Assembly: GCA_964403585.1 (NCBI GenBank)
Contig: CAYOFQ010000001.1
Span: 1,152,826 to 1,216,825 of the forward strand
Length of the DNA: 64,000 bases
Source: an uncultured Gammaproteobacteria bacterium
Lineage (GTDB): Bacteria; Patescibacteriota; Microgenomatia; JALYQM01
Direction of reading: 5' to 3'
The notes beneath the pieces are model-generated. The model saw only the letters and a list, made by a program, of their open reading frames with translations. It made no database searches and was not told the origin of the DNA. A program made the translations under genes and the position numbers. Positions 36,577 through 46,002 of the stretch are shown piece by piece. Position 1 is the first letter of the stretch, and every line of letters begins with the position of its first letter.

Positions 36577-38430
36577 ATGAAACCTGCCCTATCCCTTTCA
36601 TCAATGACACAAGACACACTGTATAATACACCACTCCGAGACCTTCCTTATAGCGTCGTCGATCTTGAAACGACCGGCACTAAACCCGGTGTTAACCAAA
36701 TTATTGAAATCGGTATCGTTAAAATTGTTAACAACGAAATTATCGATACATATCAAACATTTTTGAATCCCGGTGTTGAAATTCCACCGTTTATTTCTCA
36801 AATGACCGGGATTACTAACAGTGATGTAGAATATGCACCGATATTACCCGACGTAGCACCAACTATTTTGCCGCTAATTGAGAATTCTATTTTTGTTGCT
36901 CACAATGCCGCATTTGACTATAACTTTTTACAAAAAAACTTGCGACTCGCCGGCTTCGAATTTGCTTCCCCTAAGATATGCACGGTACAGCTCTCCCGCA
37001 AGTTAATCCCCCAACTCTCGCACCACACACTTGATGATCTGGCCAGACATTTTCATATCGAAATTCCCAACCGCCATCGGGCGCTGGATGACGCTCTTGC
37101 GACAGGTAAAAGTTTGATTAACATGTTTGATATACTTATCGAGGGTGGAAAGAAAATTTTTGGCGCACTGCAAGAACTAACAACACCTGCTGAAACCAAA
37201 AAGTATCAACAGATCAAAAACCAGATCGATGAACTTCCGTTTGCACCGGGAGTTTATTTGATGAAGGATAAAGATGGCCAGATTATCTACGTGGGGAAAT
37301 CCAAGTGTCTGCAAAAAAGAGTCCGCTCCTACTTCTACAACGGACGAAAAACAAAAAAGCTGGAGAAACTGGTTCAAACAGTTGAAAGAATCGAACATAT
37401 TCCAACCGGATCCGAGCTATCGGCACTTTTACTGGAATCTAAAAAAATAAAAGAGCACCTGCCGGTATTCAATAAAATGATCCGGGATTACAAAGCCTAT
37501 CCATTTCTTAAAATCTCAAATGAGGCATTTCCCCGTATCTATTCAGTGCGCGAAATCAAAGCCGACGGTGCTATTTACTATGGACCTTTTAAATCGGCCG
37601 GGGCCTTGGAAAGTACAATTGAAAACCTGCAGAAAGCTTTTAAATTACGGCCATGTAAAGGCAAAATAAATCCCAATAAGCCGGAAACAATGAAGTTATG
37701 TTTATATTATGAGATGGGTGAATGTCCCGGAGTATGCGGCGGCAAAATGAGCCGGGAAGACTACGCGGAAATTATTGAAAAAGCGAAAGCATTTTTGTCC
37801 GGTAATGAACATATCATTCTTTCTAAAATTCAAAGCCAAATTGATGAATCAAGTGAACAGTTACACTTTGAAAAAGCTGCCGAACTCAGAGATACCATGA
37901 TCGCGCTCGAACGAATACTACATAAGCAACAGAAAATAACCAAGTCGGTAAAAGAAAATAACGTTATTATTGTCGAAGAAGGGGTAGATCGAAAAAGCAA
38001 AGAGATTTTTTGTATTAAAAACGGTATTCTCCATTCCAAGCTCACCGCCACTAGCAAAAAGAAAACGTCTCCGGGAAACCCGCACGTTAAGGATAATTTA
38101 GCCAGTTTCCGGTACTCATACCTGCAAAAGGAAATTCCGTACTTCCTCCCTGATGACGAATTCCCTGAAACAACATTGAACCAGCAAGAATACAATCAGT
38201 ATCAAACACTCAAGGCGGATGATAACAACCTGATGTGGAAAGATACACTTGAGGCTATCTATAAAAACGAGACTGAGGAAATCAAAATAACGAAAGAAAA
38301 CATCGATGATTTAATGATCATTGCAACCTGGCTAATGCAAAATTCCAATCGGTCCAATATATACTATGTAAGCCCCGGCACAGACATTTCATATATAGCT
38401 GACACACTATCCAGGCACTATACGCTATAA
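36577..38430 (+). CDS. DnaQ-like 3'-5' exonuclease fused to Cho/UvrC-N-terminal-like GIY-YIG nuclease with UVR domain
   Basis: DEDDh motifs VVDLETTG, FVAHNAAFDYNFL, HRALDDA; GIY-YIG PGVYLMKDKDGQIIYVGKS...LQKRV; Cys cluster; UVR helix EQLHFEKAAELRDTMIALE. Confidence 0.8.
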   Translation: MKPALSLSSMTQDTLYNTPLRDLPYSVVDLETTGTKPGVNQIIEIGIVKIVNNEIIDTYQTFLNPGVEIPPFISQMTGITNSDVEYAPILPDVAPTILPLIENSIFVAHNAAFDYNFLQKNLRLAGFEFASPKICTVQLSRKLIPQLSHHTLDDLARHFHIEIPNRHRALDDALATGKSLINMFDILIEGGKKIFGALQELTTPAETKKYQQIKNQIDELPFAPGVYLMKDKDGQIIYVGKSKCLQKRVRSYFYNGRKTKKLEKLVQTVERIEHIPTGSELSALLLESKKIKEHLPVFNKMIRDYKAYPFLKISNEAFPRIYSVREIKADGAIYYGPFKSAGALESTIENLQKAFKLRPCKGKINPNKPETMKLCLYYEMGECPGVCGGKMSREDYAEIIEKAKAFLSGNEHIILSKIQSQIDESSEQLHFEKAAELRDTMIALERILHKQQKITKSVKENNVIIVEEGVDRKSKEIFCIKNGILHSKLTATSKKKTSPGNPHVKDNLASFRYSYLQKEIPYFLPDDEFPETTLNQQEYNQYQTLKADDNNLMWKDTLEAIYKNETEEIKITKENIDDLMIIATWLMQNSNRSNIYYVSPGTDISYIADTLSRHYTL

Positions 38431-38437
38431 TGCTGTT

Positions 38438-39514
38438 ATGCAGTGGATAAAGTTTCCCGTAATCGTATTTACTGTATGGAAATCCATCCTTACCGTATAT
38501 CTCATCTATTTTGAACCATTACTCTTACCCTCGATACATAGTCAGACACTGAATCAAAGACTATACCTTGCCTGGGTTAGCCGATGGGATTCTGTATTTT
38601 ATTTGGACATTGCCTGGAAAGGATATAGTTTTCCGAATCAGGCATTTTTTCCATTATTTCCACTGCTGATCAGCCTTCTAAACAAACTGGGCCTTTCAAT
38701 AGACATTAGTGCATTTTTCCTTAGTCAATTATTTTCATTAACTGCAATAATTGGTTTTTATCTACTTGGCAGAAAAGTACTATCCGAGCAACAGGCACAA
38801 CAAGCAATCCTCATGTTTATCTGCTTCCCAACGGTATTTTTTATTAATGCTGCGTACACCGAAGGGCTTTTCCTCAGCCTGGCAATCTTCTCTTACTATT
38901 TTTTTGAAAAGAAAAAGTATTATCTGTCGGCAATAGCCGGCGGTCTTGCTTCCGCGACCAGAGTCGTGGGACTTGCGGCTGGTTCACAATTCTTATTCGT
39001 AAAATCACCCCGGCAAAGATATCTATATATGGGTATCTCAAGCATCGGTATAGTGGTATATATGCTCTATTTACAGCTTACATTCCATGATCCGCTCATT
39101 TTTATACACTCGCAAAAAATGTGGACACAACCGCACGGGTATCCGCGACTGATGCTTCCTTTTGAACAAGTCTTCACCTACCCGTATCAGCTCCTAACCG
39201 ATACCAGGGTTGCCAAGACACCCATATTATTTGTCGATTGGAGCCTCTCGCTGATTTTTATTGCGTTGTCGATACAGGTCTGGAAACGACTTGGTCCCCG
39301 CTATGGACTATATAGTTTGCTCGTGGTACTTATTCCATTATTAAGTGGCAATATCATGAGCATGAGCAGATTTGTGCTTACCGCGTTTCCGGTATTTTTA
39401 GTACTTCCTTTAATAATCAGAAATAAATACATTCTCTACAGCATGTATATTGTCTGTTTTGGGTTACAACTGCTATTTATCAGTGCGTTTATCAACAACA
39501 TCTGGATCGGCTAA
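38438..39514 (+). CDS. PIG-V-like (Mannosyl_trans2 / GT76) integral-membrane mannosyltransferase
   Basis: RWDSVFYLDIAWKGYSF...AFFPLFP matches the GPI-mannosyltransferase-2 family signature RWDS.HYL.IAE.GY...AFFPLFP; more than 8 TM helices. Confidence 0.65.
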   Translation: MQWIKFPVIVFTVWKSILTVYLIYFEPLLLPSIHSQTLNQRLYLAWVSRWDSVFYLDIAWKGYSFPNQAFFPLFPLLISLLNKLGLSIDISAFFLSQLFSLTAIIGFYLLGRKVLSEQQAQQAILMFICFPTVFFINAAYTEGLFLSLAIFSYYFFEKKKYYLSAIAGGLASATRVVGLAAGSQFLFVKSPRQRYLYMGISSIGIVVYMLYLQLTFHDPLIFIHSQKMWTQPHGYPRLMLPFEQVFTYPYQLLTDTRVAKTPILFVDWSLSLIFIALSIQVWKRLGPRYGLYSLLVVLIPLLSGNIMSMSRFVLTAFPVFLVLPLIIRNKYILYSMYIVCFGLQLLFISAFINNIWIG

Positions 39515-41770
39515 CTAGAGTACCAGTTCCTTCATTTCTCCCCAACTGCACCCGGTGTTTAAGCCGACTTCGATAGGAACCGACAACGGCAAGGCATTGA
39601 GCATTTTTTCTTTAATCACCGGAACCCATTTGGCTACCGCTTCTTCCTTTACCTCAAAAATCAATTCGTCGTGAATCTGTAACAACATACCGATTTCCAA
39701 ACGTGCCTGACCATCTAGAGCTTCAATTTGCTGATCAATATGGACCATCGCTAATTTAATCATTTCCGCCTGGGTGCCCTGAGCAGGCATATTAATCGCC
39801 ATTCGTTGCCCGGCAGCTTGTAATCGACGGTCCGGGGATTTTAATTCAGGCAGGTACCGGCGTCTACCCATAATTGTTTCAACATACCCTTTTTCCTGAC
39901 CCTCAGCCAAAATTTTATCAACCCATTTCTTCACCTTAGGAAACGCGTCAAAATAGGCTTTAATAAACAACTGTGCTTGGCTGAAGGTAATTTTAAGATC
40001 CCGGGCTAGTGCATGCGCTCCCATACCATACATTAATCCGAAATTAATAGTTTTAGCACTTCGGCGCTGATCTTTGGAAACCTGATCAAGCGGTACATTA
40101 AAAATAAGTGCAGCCGTACTGGCGTGAATGTCGCGGTTCTCCGAAAAAATTGTTTGCATTGCCTCATCTCCTGACAGATGAGCCATAATTCGCAATTCAA
40201 TTTGCGAGTAATCGGCCGATACCAGAACATAGCCGGGAGCAGCAATAAACGCTTTACGTATTTCCGAACCCCACTGACTTCGGATAGGAATATTTTGTAA
40301 ATTAGGATCGGAAGATGAAAGTCGCCCGGTAGCTGCCACATCAAGCGATAATGTCGAGTGAATTCTCCCGTCCTCTTTTATATATTTCGGCAAAGCATCA
40401 ACATAGGTTGATTTGAGCTTGGATAACTCACGATATTCCAATATTTTTTCGGCCACGGGACTTCCAATCGCTAACTCCTTCAATACTTCTTCATCAGTTG
40501 AACGCCCTGTTTTTGTCTTCTTGATGACAGGAAGTTTTAAATGATCAAATAATACTTCAGCCAATTGCTTAGGTGAATTTAAATTAAATTCATGTCCGGC
40601 CGATTCATAAATATCACTAACTATCTTTTCCAGTTTTGATCCAAAGATGGTACTCAATCGTTCCAGAACTGCTTTATCCACTAATACTCCCCTTTCCCGC
40701 ATCCGGGCCAGAACCTCAATCATCGACAGGTCCAAATCAACTACCTGAGCAGGCTGGTCTTTCAAAAATTTCTGAACTCTGGCTTTTTCGTCTAGCACCT
40801 CTTCCTGAATTTCCTCATCAAAAGACAGTTGATCACCCTTCCTGACCGTTTTTTTGGTTTTCGATTTCTCTACAGGATCATTTGTGACAATAGCAGGTGG
40901 GCTGAATTTTTTAATCAAACTCTTAAATTCAAGTTCTTCAAATAATTTTCTGACAGTATCCCGTTCAAAATTCTCCGCGACACAGTCTTCAAGTTCAAAT
41001 TGCATTGGCACATCAGTATCGATAGTAGCCAGTTTTTTAGATAAAACTGCAATTTCCGCACTGTCAGCCAGCTTCTGGCGTGTCCGTGCATCAATTTCAT
41101 CTAAATGAGCATAGATATTTTCTAAAGTTCCGTACTTTTGAATTAACTTGGTCGCCCCGACATCGCCAATCCCATGTACTCCGGGAATATTATCCGAAGC
41201 ATCTCCACGAAGCGCCTTAAAGTCAATCAATTGTTGTGGATCTTCAAAACCGAATTTCTCTTTAAATTTGGCCAAATCAACAATACTCCCCTCACTAAAC
41301 GATTTTCCCGGCATAAAAGCTTTCACTTTAGCATCCAAAAGTTGCAACAAGTCACGATCCCCGGTCACAATAATTACTTCATCAACATCCTGCATTGATT
41401 TTGTCCAGGTCGCTATCGTACCAATAAGATCATCTGCTTCGTACCCCGATATCGCAAAAATCGGAATATTAAATGCTCTGACCACATCCCGGGTGCGTTC
41501 AATTTGGGAAGCTAATCCGTCATCCATCGGCTTTCGCTGTGCTTTGTATTGAGTAAATTCCTGATGACGGAATGTCGGACCTTTCTGGTCGAAAGTGACT
41601 GCAATATAGTGAGGCTTGAATCTCTCCAATACCTGCAATAACATCACGGTAAAACCAAATACCGCATTTACCTGTTCACCCTGAGAAGTCGAAAGAAACG
41701 GATAGGCGTGAAACGCCCGGTGTAATAACGCATTACCGTCAACCAGAATAAGTTGTTTGTGATTATTCAT
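39515..41770 (-). CDS. polA: DNA polymerase I (5'-3' exonuclease plus polymerase; 3'-5' exonuclease domain apparently absent or degenerate)
   Basis: N-terminal FEN-like LILVDGNALLHRAFHA; polymerase motif A region, motif B RRSAKTINFGLMYG, motif C HDELIFE; 751 aa. Confidence 0.9.
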   Translation of the reverse strand: MNNHKQLILVDGNALLHRAFHAYPFLSTSQGEQVNAVFGFTVMLLQVLERFKPHYIAVTFDQKGPTFRHQEFTQYKAQRKPMDDGLASQIERTRDVVRAFNIPIFAISGYEADDLIGTIATWTKSMQDVDEVIIVTGDRDLLQLLDAKVKAFMPGKSFSEGSIVDLAKFKEKFGFEDPQQLIDFKALRGDASDNIPGVHGIGDVGATKLIQKYGTLENIYAHLDEIDARTRQKLADSAEIAVLSKKLATIDTDVPMQFELEDCVAENFERDTVRKLFEELEFKSLIKKFSPPAIVTNDPVEKSKTKKTVRKGDQLSFDEEIQEEVLDEKARVQKFLKDQPAQVVDLDLSMIEVLARMRERGVLVDKAVLERLSTIFGSKLEKIVSDIYESAGHEFNLNSPKQLAEVLFDHLKLPVIKKTKTGRSTDEEVLKELAIGSPVAEKILEYRELSKLKSTYVDALPKYIKEDGRIHSTLSLDVAATGRLSSSDPNLQNIPIRSQWGSEIRKAFIAAPGYVLVSADYSQIELRIMAHLSGDEAMQTIFSENRDIHASTAALIFNVPLDQVSKDQRRSAKTINFGLMYGMGAHALARDLKITFSQAQLFIKAYFDAFPKVKKWVDKILAEGQEKGYVETIMGRRRYLPELKSPDRRLQAAGQRMAINMPAQGTQAEMIKLAMVHIDQQIEALDGQARLEIGMLLQIHDELIFEVKEEAVAKWVPVIKEKMLNALPLSVPIEVGLNTGCSWGEMKELVL

Positions 41771-42476
41771 GATCTGAGTATATCATGATTAATTTCTTCA
41801 GAGCGTCCTGTGCCTGTTCTAAACCGGGGCTACCTTCAAACTCGACCGGATTAAATAAATAATAGTGCGCTACACTAGGAGCCTCTTTAATCTCTTCCAG
41901 AGCAGTCTGCTTACGTTCGGCAATATTATTACGGTTTGCAATCCGCTGCCAAATTTGATCCAAACTTTCCGATACTATAAATACAACAACGCAGTTCATC
42001 TTCCCTTCCAGATATTTGGTAATGGTTTTGACACCTTTTACTTCCGTACGAATGAGCGGTGTTCCAAGACGAAGGGCTTTTTCAAGACTGGAGTACGGTA
42101 AACCATACAGGCCACCAAAATGACGGTCATGTTCGATAAGTCCATACTCCGCGACTAAATGAGCATCATATTCTTCGAGTGTTTCATCGGCGCGCTGCTG
42201 GCGCATCCAGATATGACGTTCTTCAGGCTCTTGTTCTTCGATACGACGGGGTCGGCTGGTACCGGTAGTAGCTCGAACAATAAGTCCATCCTTATACAGT
42301 GGATCACTGATGGAATCCTTACCACTTCCGGAAGGACCGATGAGCATAAACACCGTTGGCAATGTCGAATCGATATGCGGCTTTTTATTGAGATAGATTA
42401 ACGGAATATCCGTTTTTTCCGCTTTCCCCAGCAGATAGGGAACGGGTTCATATTGTGAAGCTAAATCACGATTCAT
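41763..42476 (-). CDS. gmk: guanylate kinase-like P-loop nucleoside-monophosphate kinase
   Basis: P-loop GPSGSGKDS; RATTGTSRPRR resembles Gmk SATTRxPR; DUF370-like gene upstream as in Firmicutes remA-gmk. The N-terminal extension is atypical. Confidence 0.55.
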   Translation of the reverse strand: MNRDLASQYEPVPYLLGKAEKTDIPLIYLNKKPHIDSTLPTVFMLIGPSGSGKDSISDPLYKDGLIVRATTGTSRPRRIEEQEPEERHIWMRQQRADETLEEYDAHLVAEYGLIEHDRHFGGLYGLPYSSLEKALRLGTPLIRTEVKGVKTITKYLEGKMNCVVVFIVSESLDQIWQRIANRNNIAERKQTALEEIKEAPSVAHYYLFNPVEFEGSPGLEQAQDALKKLIMIYSDHE

Positions 42477-42513
42477 TTTCCCATTATACGCTTGTGCTAA
42501 TATAAGCTCAAGA

Positions 42514-42774
42514 TCATCTAACAGACAACTTTTCCTGAGGTAAAGACATCATCCGTAACCGCCGCATACTCTCACGCGAGTCAACTTTATCTTTCATTTG
42601 CAGCAAATACCCTTTTCCCCGCAAATACCTTCGGAGTTTAGGCACCTCGGTAAACCGCCGAAGCGGGAACTTTCGTATTCGCCGCTCAGGATACATAACT
42701 CGTGGCCTATCGGTTGAGGCTCCGGTGACAACAGGAAAGCTATTAAAATCGACACCTCTTCTAAGTTCTGGCAT
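42514..42774 (-). CDS. DUF370 (RemA/YlzA-like) small protein, tentative
   Basis: Weak resemblance (VDFNSFPVVTGAS...PERRIRK...SLPQEKLSVR) to RemA (INIGFGNIVSA...PESAPIKR...VQPETVAQR); position upstream of gmk. Confidence 0.3.
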   Translation of the reverse strand: MPELRRGVDFNSFPVVTGASTDRPRVMYPERRIRKFPLRRFTEVPKLRRYLRGKGYLLQMKDKVDSRESMRRLRMMSLPQEKLSVR

Positions 42775-42852
42775 AGTTTGGAGAGCAAGTATATACAATA
42801 TTGCTCAAAAATACAAGAAAATATAGAATAAACAAGCTAATCATCAATTATT

Positions 42853-44475
42853 ATGCTTATAAAAGTAGCCGGTCTTACCAAACATGTAGGAGCAAAGGAA
42901 CTCATTTCCGAGCTCGACTTTACCATTTATCCTAAAGAGAAAATTGCTCTGATCGGAAGAAACGGACACGGCAAATCAACCCTGCTGCGCATCCTGTCCG
43001 GCGAAGATTCTGATTTTACGGGCAATGTCGAAAAACGCAAAAACTTACGCATTGTACTGACTCGTCAGGAACACATTAATAACAACGACATCACCGCCCT
43101 CGATTATATTCTGGAAAGTGTGCCAAATTATAATCAGTACGGCAGCGTTATTTCCCGCTATGAATCGGGCGACCATGCTGATTTGCACGCCTACACCGAC
43201 GCAGTAAACTACTTTTCCGACAATGGGTACTACTATATTAAGGATCTTATCCTCGAATCACTCCGAAGCTTCCAGATCGACACTACCAAGGCGTACCACC
43301 AGCTCAAAACGCTTTCCGGTGGTGAAAAAAGATTTGTTGAACTAGTCCGGGTAATGTATTCCCAGGCTGACCTGTTACTCATTGATGAACCAACCAACCA
43401 CATGGATTACGTTGGTAAAGAACAGTTTATCGACTGGCTCAAGTCAGCCACCGAAAGCATCATTATTGTCACCCATGACCGCGATGTATTGAAACACGTT
43501 ACCAAAATCATTGAACTGAAAGACAAAAAAATGATTACCTTTAACGGTAATTATGACCACTATCTGAAACAGAATACAACCCAGACAACCAATTCGGTAA
43601 TCCAGTATGAGAACCAGCTAAAACGGCTCGAAGAGGCCAAAAAGAAGGTTGACTGGGGGTTGCGCATGCGGGCGAAAAGCAAGGAGTGGAAAATTCGCTA
43701 TGATCACTGGCTACGGGACTACGAAAAAATTAAAGCCGAAACGGTAAAACCTTCGTTTTGGATAGATCAGGAATCAAAAGACTTGCTTGATCAGGAGATT
43801 GTAGATTCGTACCACAAGTATAAAGAAAAAAACATTGCCATTACAGTAAAAGAACATAAAGAAAAAGTGAGTCACCTGCTTTCATTAAAACATCTCTCCT
43901 TGGGATATGACCGACCGCTATTTGAACAGATCAACTTCTCTATGCATAACCACGACCGGATATTTATCAAAGGTCGCAACGGTGCAGGAAAAAGCACCCT
44001 GGTCAGAACAATACTTTCTACGTACCGGCAGAAACAACCGGGCGCAACTACCTTCGCCGGCGAAATAGAGCTGGGCGCCGATTTACGCATCGGCGAATAC
44101 GAACAGGAAATTAATCCCGATTTCTTAGGTCAGGGATTGGCCACTGCAATTAAAGAAGCCTACGAAAGCTTTGGAATACTACTTGAAGACCGGAAAATAA
44201 AATCGCTGATGGCCCAATACTTATTTGACCCGGTTCTCGAAGCGAATCAAACCCTGGAAACACTATCCGGAGGTCAAAAAGCCCGCTTTCAGATCATTAA
44301 AATGTTAGCCAACAATCCAAATTTACTGATCCTTGATGAACCCACCAACCATCTCGACTTGCCTTCAATTGAAGAGCTTGAAAATGCACTCCAGTCCTTC
44401 CAAGGGGGAATTCTCTACGTCTCACACGATACCTATTTCATAAAAAAAATGGGTGGAAAAGTAGTCGAAATTTAA
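42853..44475 (+). CDS. ABC-F family ATPase (tandem ABC domains, no TM domain)
   Basis: Two Walker A motifs (GRNGHGKST and GRNGAGKST), two LSGG signatures, inter-domain linker; 540 aa. Confidence 0.85.
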   Translation: MLIKVAGLTKHVGAKELISELDFTIYPKEKIALIGRNGHGKSTLLRILSGEDSDFTGNVEKRKNLRIVLTRQEHINNNDITALDYILESVPNYNQYGSVISRYESGDHADLHAYTDAVNYFSDNGYYYIKDLILESLRSFQIDTTKAYHQLKTLSGGEKRFVELVRVMYSQADLLLIDEPTNHMDYVGKEQFIDWLKSATESIIIVTHDRDVLKHVTKIIELKDKKMITFNGNYDHYLKQNTTQTTNSVIQYENQLKRLEEAKKKVDWGLRMRAKSKEWKIRYDHWLRDYEKIKAETVKPSFWIDQESKDLLDQEIVDSYHKYKEKNIAITVKEHKEKVSHLLSLKHLSLGYDRPLFEQINFSMHNHDRIFIKGRNGAGKSTLVRTILSTYRQKQPGATTFAGEIELGADLRIGEYEQEINPDFLGQGLATAIKEAYESFGILLEDRKIKSLMAQYLFDPVLEANQTLETLSGGQKARFQIIKMLANNPNLLILDEPTNHLDLPSIEELENALQSFQGGILYVSHDTYFIKKMGGKVVEI

Positions 44476-44476
44476 G

Positions 44477-44550
44477 TGGCTATTATTGGACTCGAACCAA
44501 TGACCTCTTCGATGTGAACGAAGCGCTCTAACCAGCTGAGCTAAACAGCC
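44477..44550 (-). tRNA. tRNA-Val (anticodon CAC)
   Basis: GGCUGUUUAGCUCAGCUGGUUAGAGC...CUUCGUUCACAUCGAAG...GGUUCGAGUCC...AAUAGCC A; no CCA encoded. Confidence 0.8.
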
Positions 44551-44553
44551 ATT

Positions 44554-44588
44554 AAAAATGCCGGGCAGATTTCTCCAGCCCGGCATAA
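44554..44588 (-). terminator. hairpin ATGCCGGGC-N12-GCCCGGCAT followed by a U-run on the minus strand
   Basis: Lies between the end of the pilin-like gene and the 5' end of tRNA-Val. Confidence 0.5.
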
Positions 44589-44612
44589 GTATACTACATC
44601 TCTAATTTTCGT

Positions 44613-45926
44613 CTAATAGGCGCTTAAATCCTCATCGTCGACAGTACCCGGATCCTCACCTGCCGGACGTGTCATTCCCGCATCTGAACCTCCGGAGGTA
44701 TCGTCACCTGCAGGGAACGTACCGTCCTCATTTGGCCTCATCCGATCTGAATTGGCGTCACCGGATTCGGAACTTGATACACAGTACAAACTGCCAAGTA
44801 TATCAGGTTTAGCCATTATCCCCGTACTGTTTCCGGACTTCTCTTCCAGGCGCGCACAGAGACTAAAATCATTACCATCTTCAGTGACCGTATACTGATA
44901 CGGTGCTTTCGTCTTTGGATCAACCGGCAAAGTCCCTATTCCTCCAGCCTGCACTAAAGCGTCCAGTGATGTCGGATAGGTACCATTGGTTGCTTTATAC
45001 AGATCAAGACTCCCCTGTATTTTCGCTAAATCAGCCATCCGGTTGGCATCACGGGCAGTCTTTACTAACCCTGAAGGGTTAATCGCCAATAACATAATAG
45101 GTAATGCAAACAAAGCGATCATCGCTACTATACCTACTACAGCCATAACCGTAAACTTTTTACGGGTACCATCAGCAATGGGAATTACTCCCGGCTTTAG
45201 AGCTTTAAGATTCTCATAGAGCGCAAATCCATACGTCACAGCCAGAAAATTCATGGCCATTTGCACTACCCAGGAGACCAGTGCCACAATTCCGGCAAAC
45301 ATCGGATAGCCTGCCTTGGCCAGTTGCTCCTGTAGCGCCGAAATAAGAATTATCAGGATAAAATACACTAATCCGAGAACAAAAAACCGCCCGAATACTC
45401 CCCACCATCGTCCCCGAACATATTCCCGGCTTGTTAAGGCGGCATTCAATCCTTTAATATTCTGGTCAACCAGCACCAGGTGACTGAACGCAAATGCCAC
45501 CGCCAAAATGATACCCGGTATTATTAACACCATAAAACCGGTTGCCACGATCAAACCTAAAAGTAAACTAACCCATAAATAGGGAAGAATATATTGTTTT
45601 GACGCGCTGTACGCCTCATTAAAACTAACATCACGGTCATGATGAACAACTAAGTAGATTTCTGCTAGTTGAACCCACATCCCAACCACCAGGAAGACAA
45701 TGTAAGACACTACAATTGCAATAATAATGCCGGCGCCGAGACCACTAAAGTCCGACATCCCGCCCAGCATGGCGGTTCCCCCAACCATTACCACCATCAG
45801 GATCATCCATGCGATAACAAATCCAATTAAGGGCAGGAATATCAGGAGAGCTGACTTCCACTTTTTTTCAAAAATCATCCACGCGCGATCAAAAAGTTGC
45901 GATGGACCCAATAATGTTTGCTCCAT
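44613..45926 (-). CDS. polytopic membrane protein with C-terminal type-IV-pilin/T2SS-GspG-like domain and acidic tail
   Basis: About 270-aa multi-TM N-domain; then pilin-like helix MAVVGIVAMIALFALPIMLLA; then NRMADLAKIQGSLDLYKATNGTYPTSLDAL...LPVDPKTKAPYQY resembling GspG (DIRTIETALDMYKLDNGRYPT...PKDPWGNPYQY); D/E/G/S-rich tail. Confidence 0.6.
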   Translation of the reverse strand: MEQTLLGPSQLFDRAWMIFEKKWKSALLIFLPLIGFVIAWMILMVVMVGGTAMLGGMSDFSGLGAGIIIAIVVSYIVFLVVGMWVQLAEIYLVVHHDRDVSFNEAYSASKQYILPYLWVSLLLGLIVATGFMVLIIPGIILAVAFAFSHLVLVDQNIKGLNAALTSREYVRGRWWGVFGRFFVLGLVYFILIILISALQEQLAKAGYPMFAGIVALVSWVVQMAMNFLAVTYGFALYENLKALKPGVIPIADGTRKKFTVMAVVGIVAMIALFALPIMLLAINPSGLVKTARDANRMADLAKIQGSLDLYKATNGTYPTSLDALVQAGGIGTLPVDPKTKAPYQYTVTEDGNDFSLCARLEEKSGNSTGIMAKPDILGSLYCVSSSESGDANSDRMRPNEDGTFPAGDDTSGGSDAGMTRPAGEDPGTVDDEDLSAY

Positions 45927-46002
45927 ACATACCTCACAAATTAGTTGTACTAATAACAGTATTCACCGAGCAAATGTGCTTTGCAAGGGGCAGCTGAGAA
46001 TA

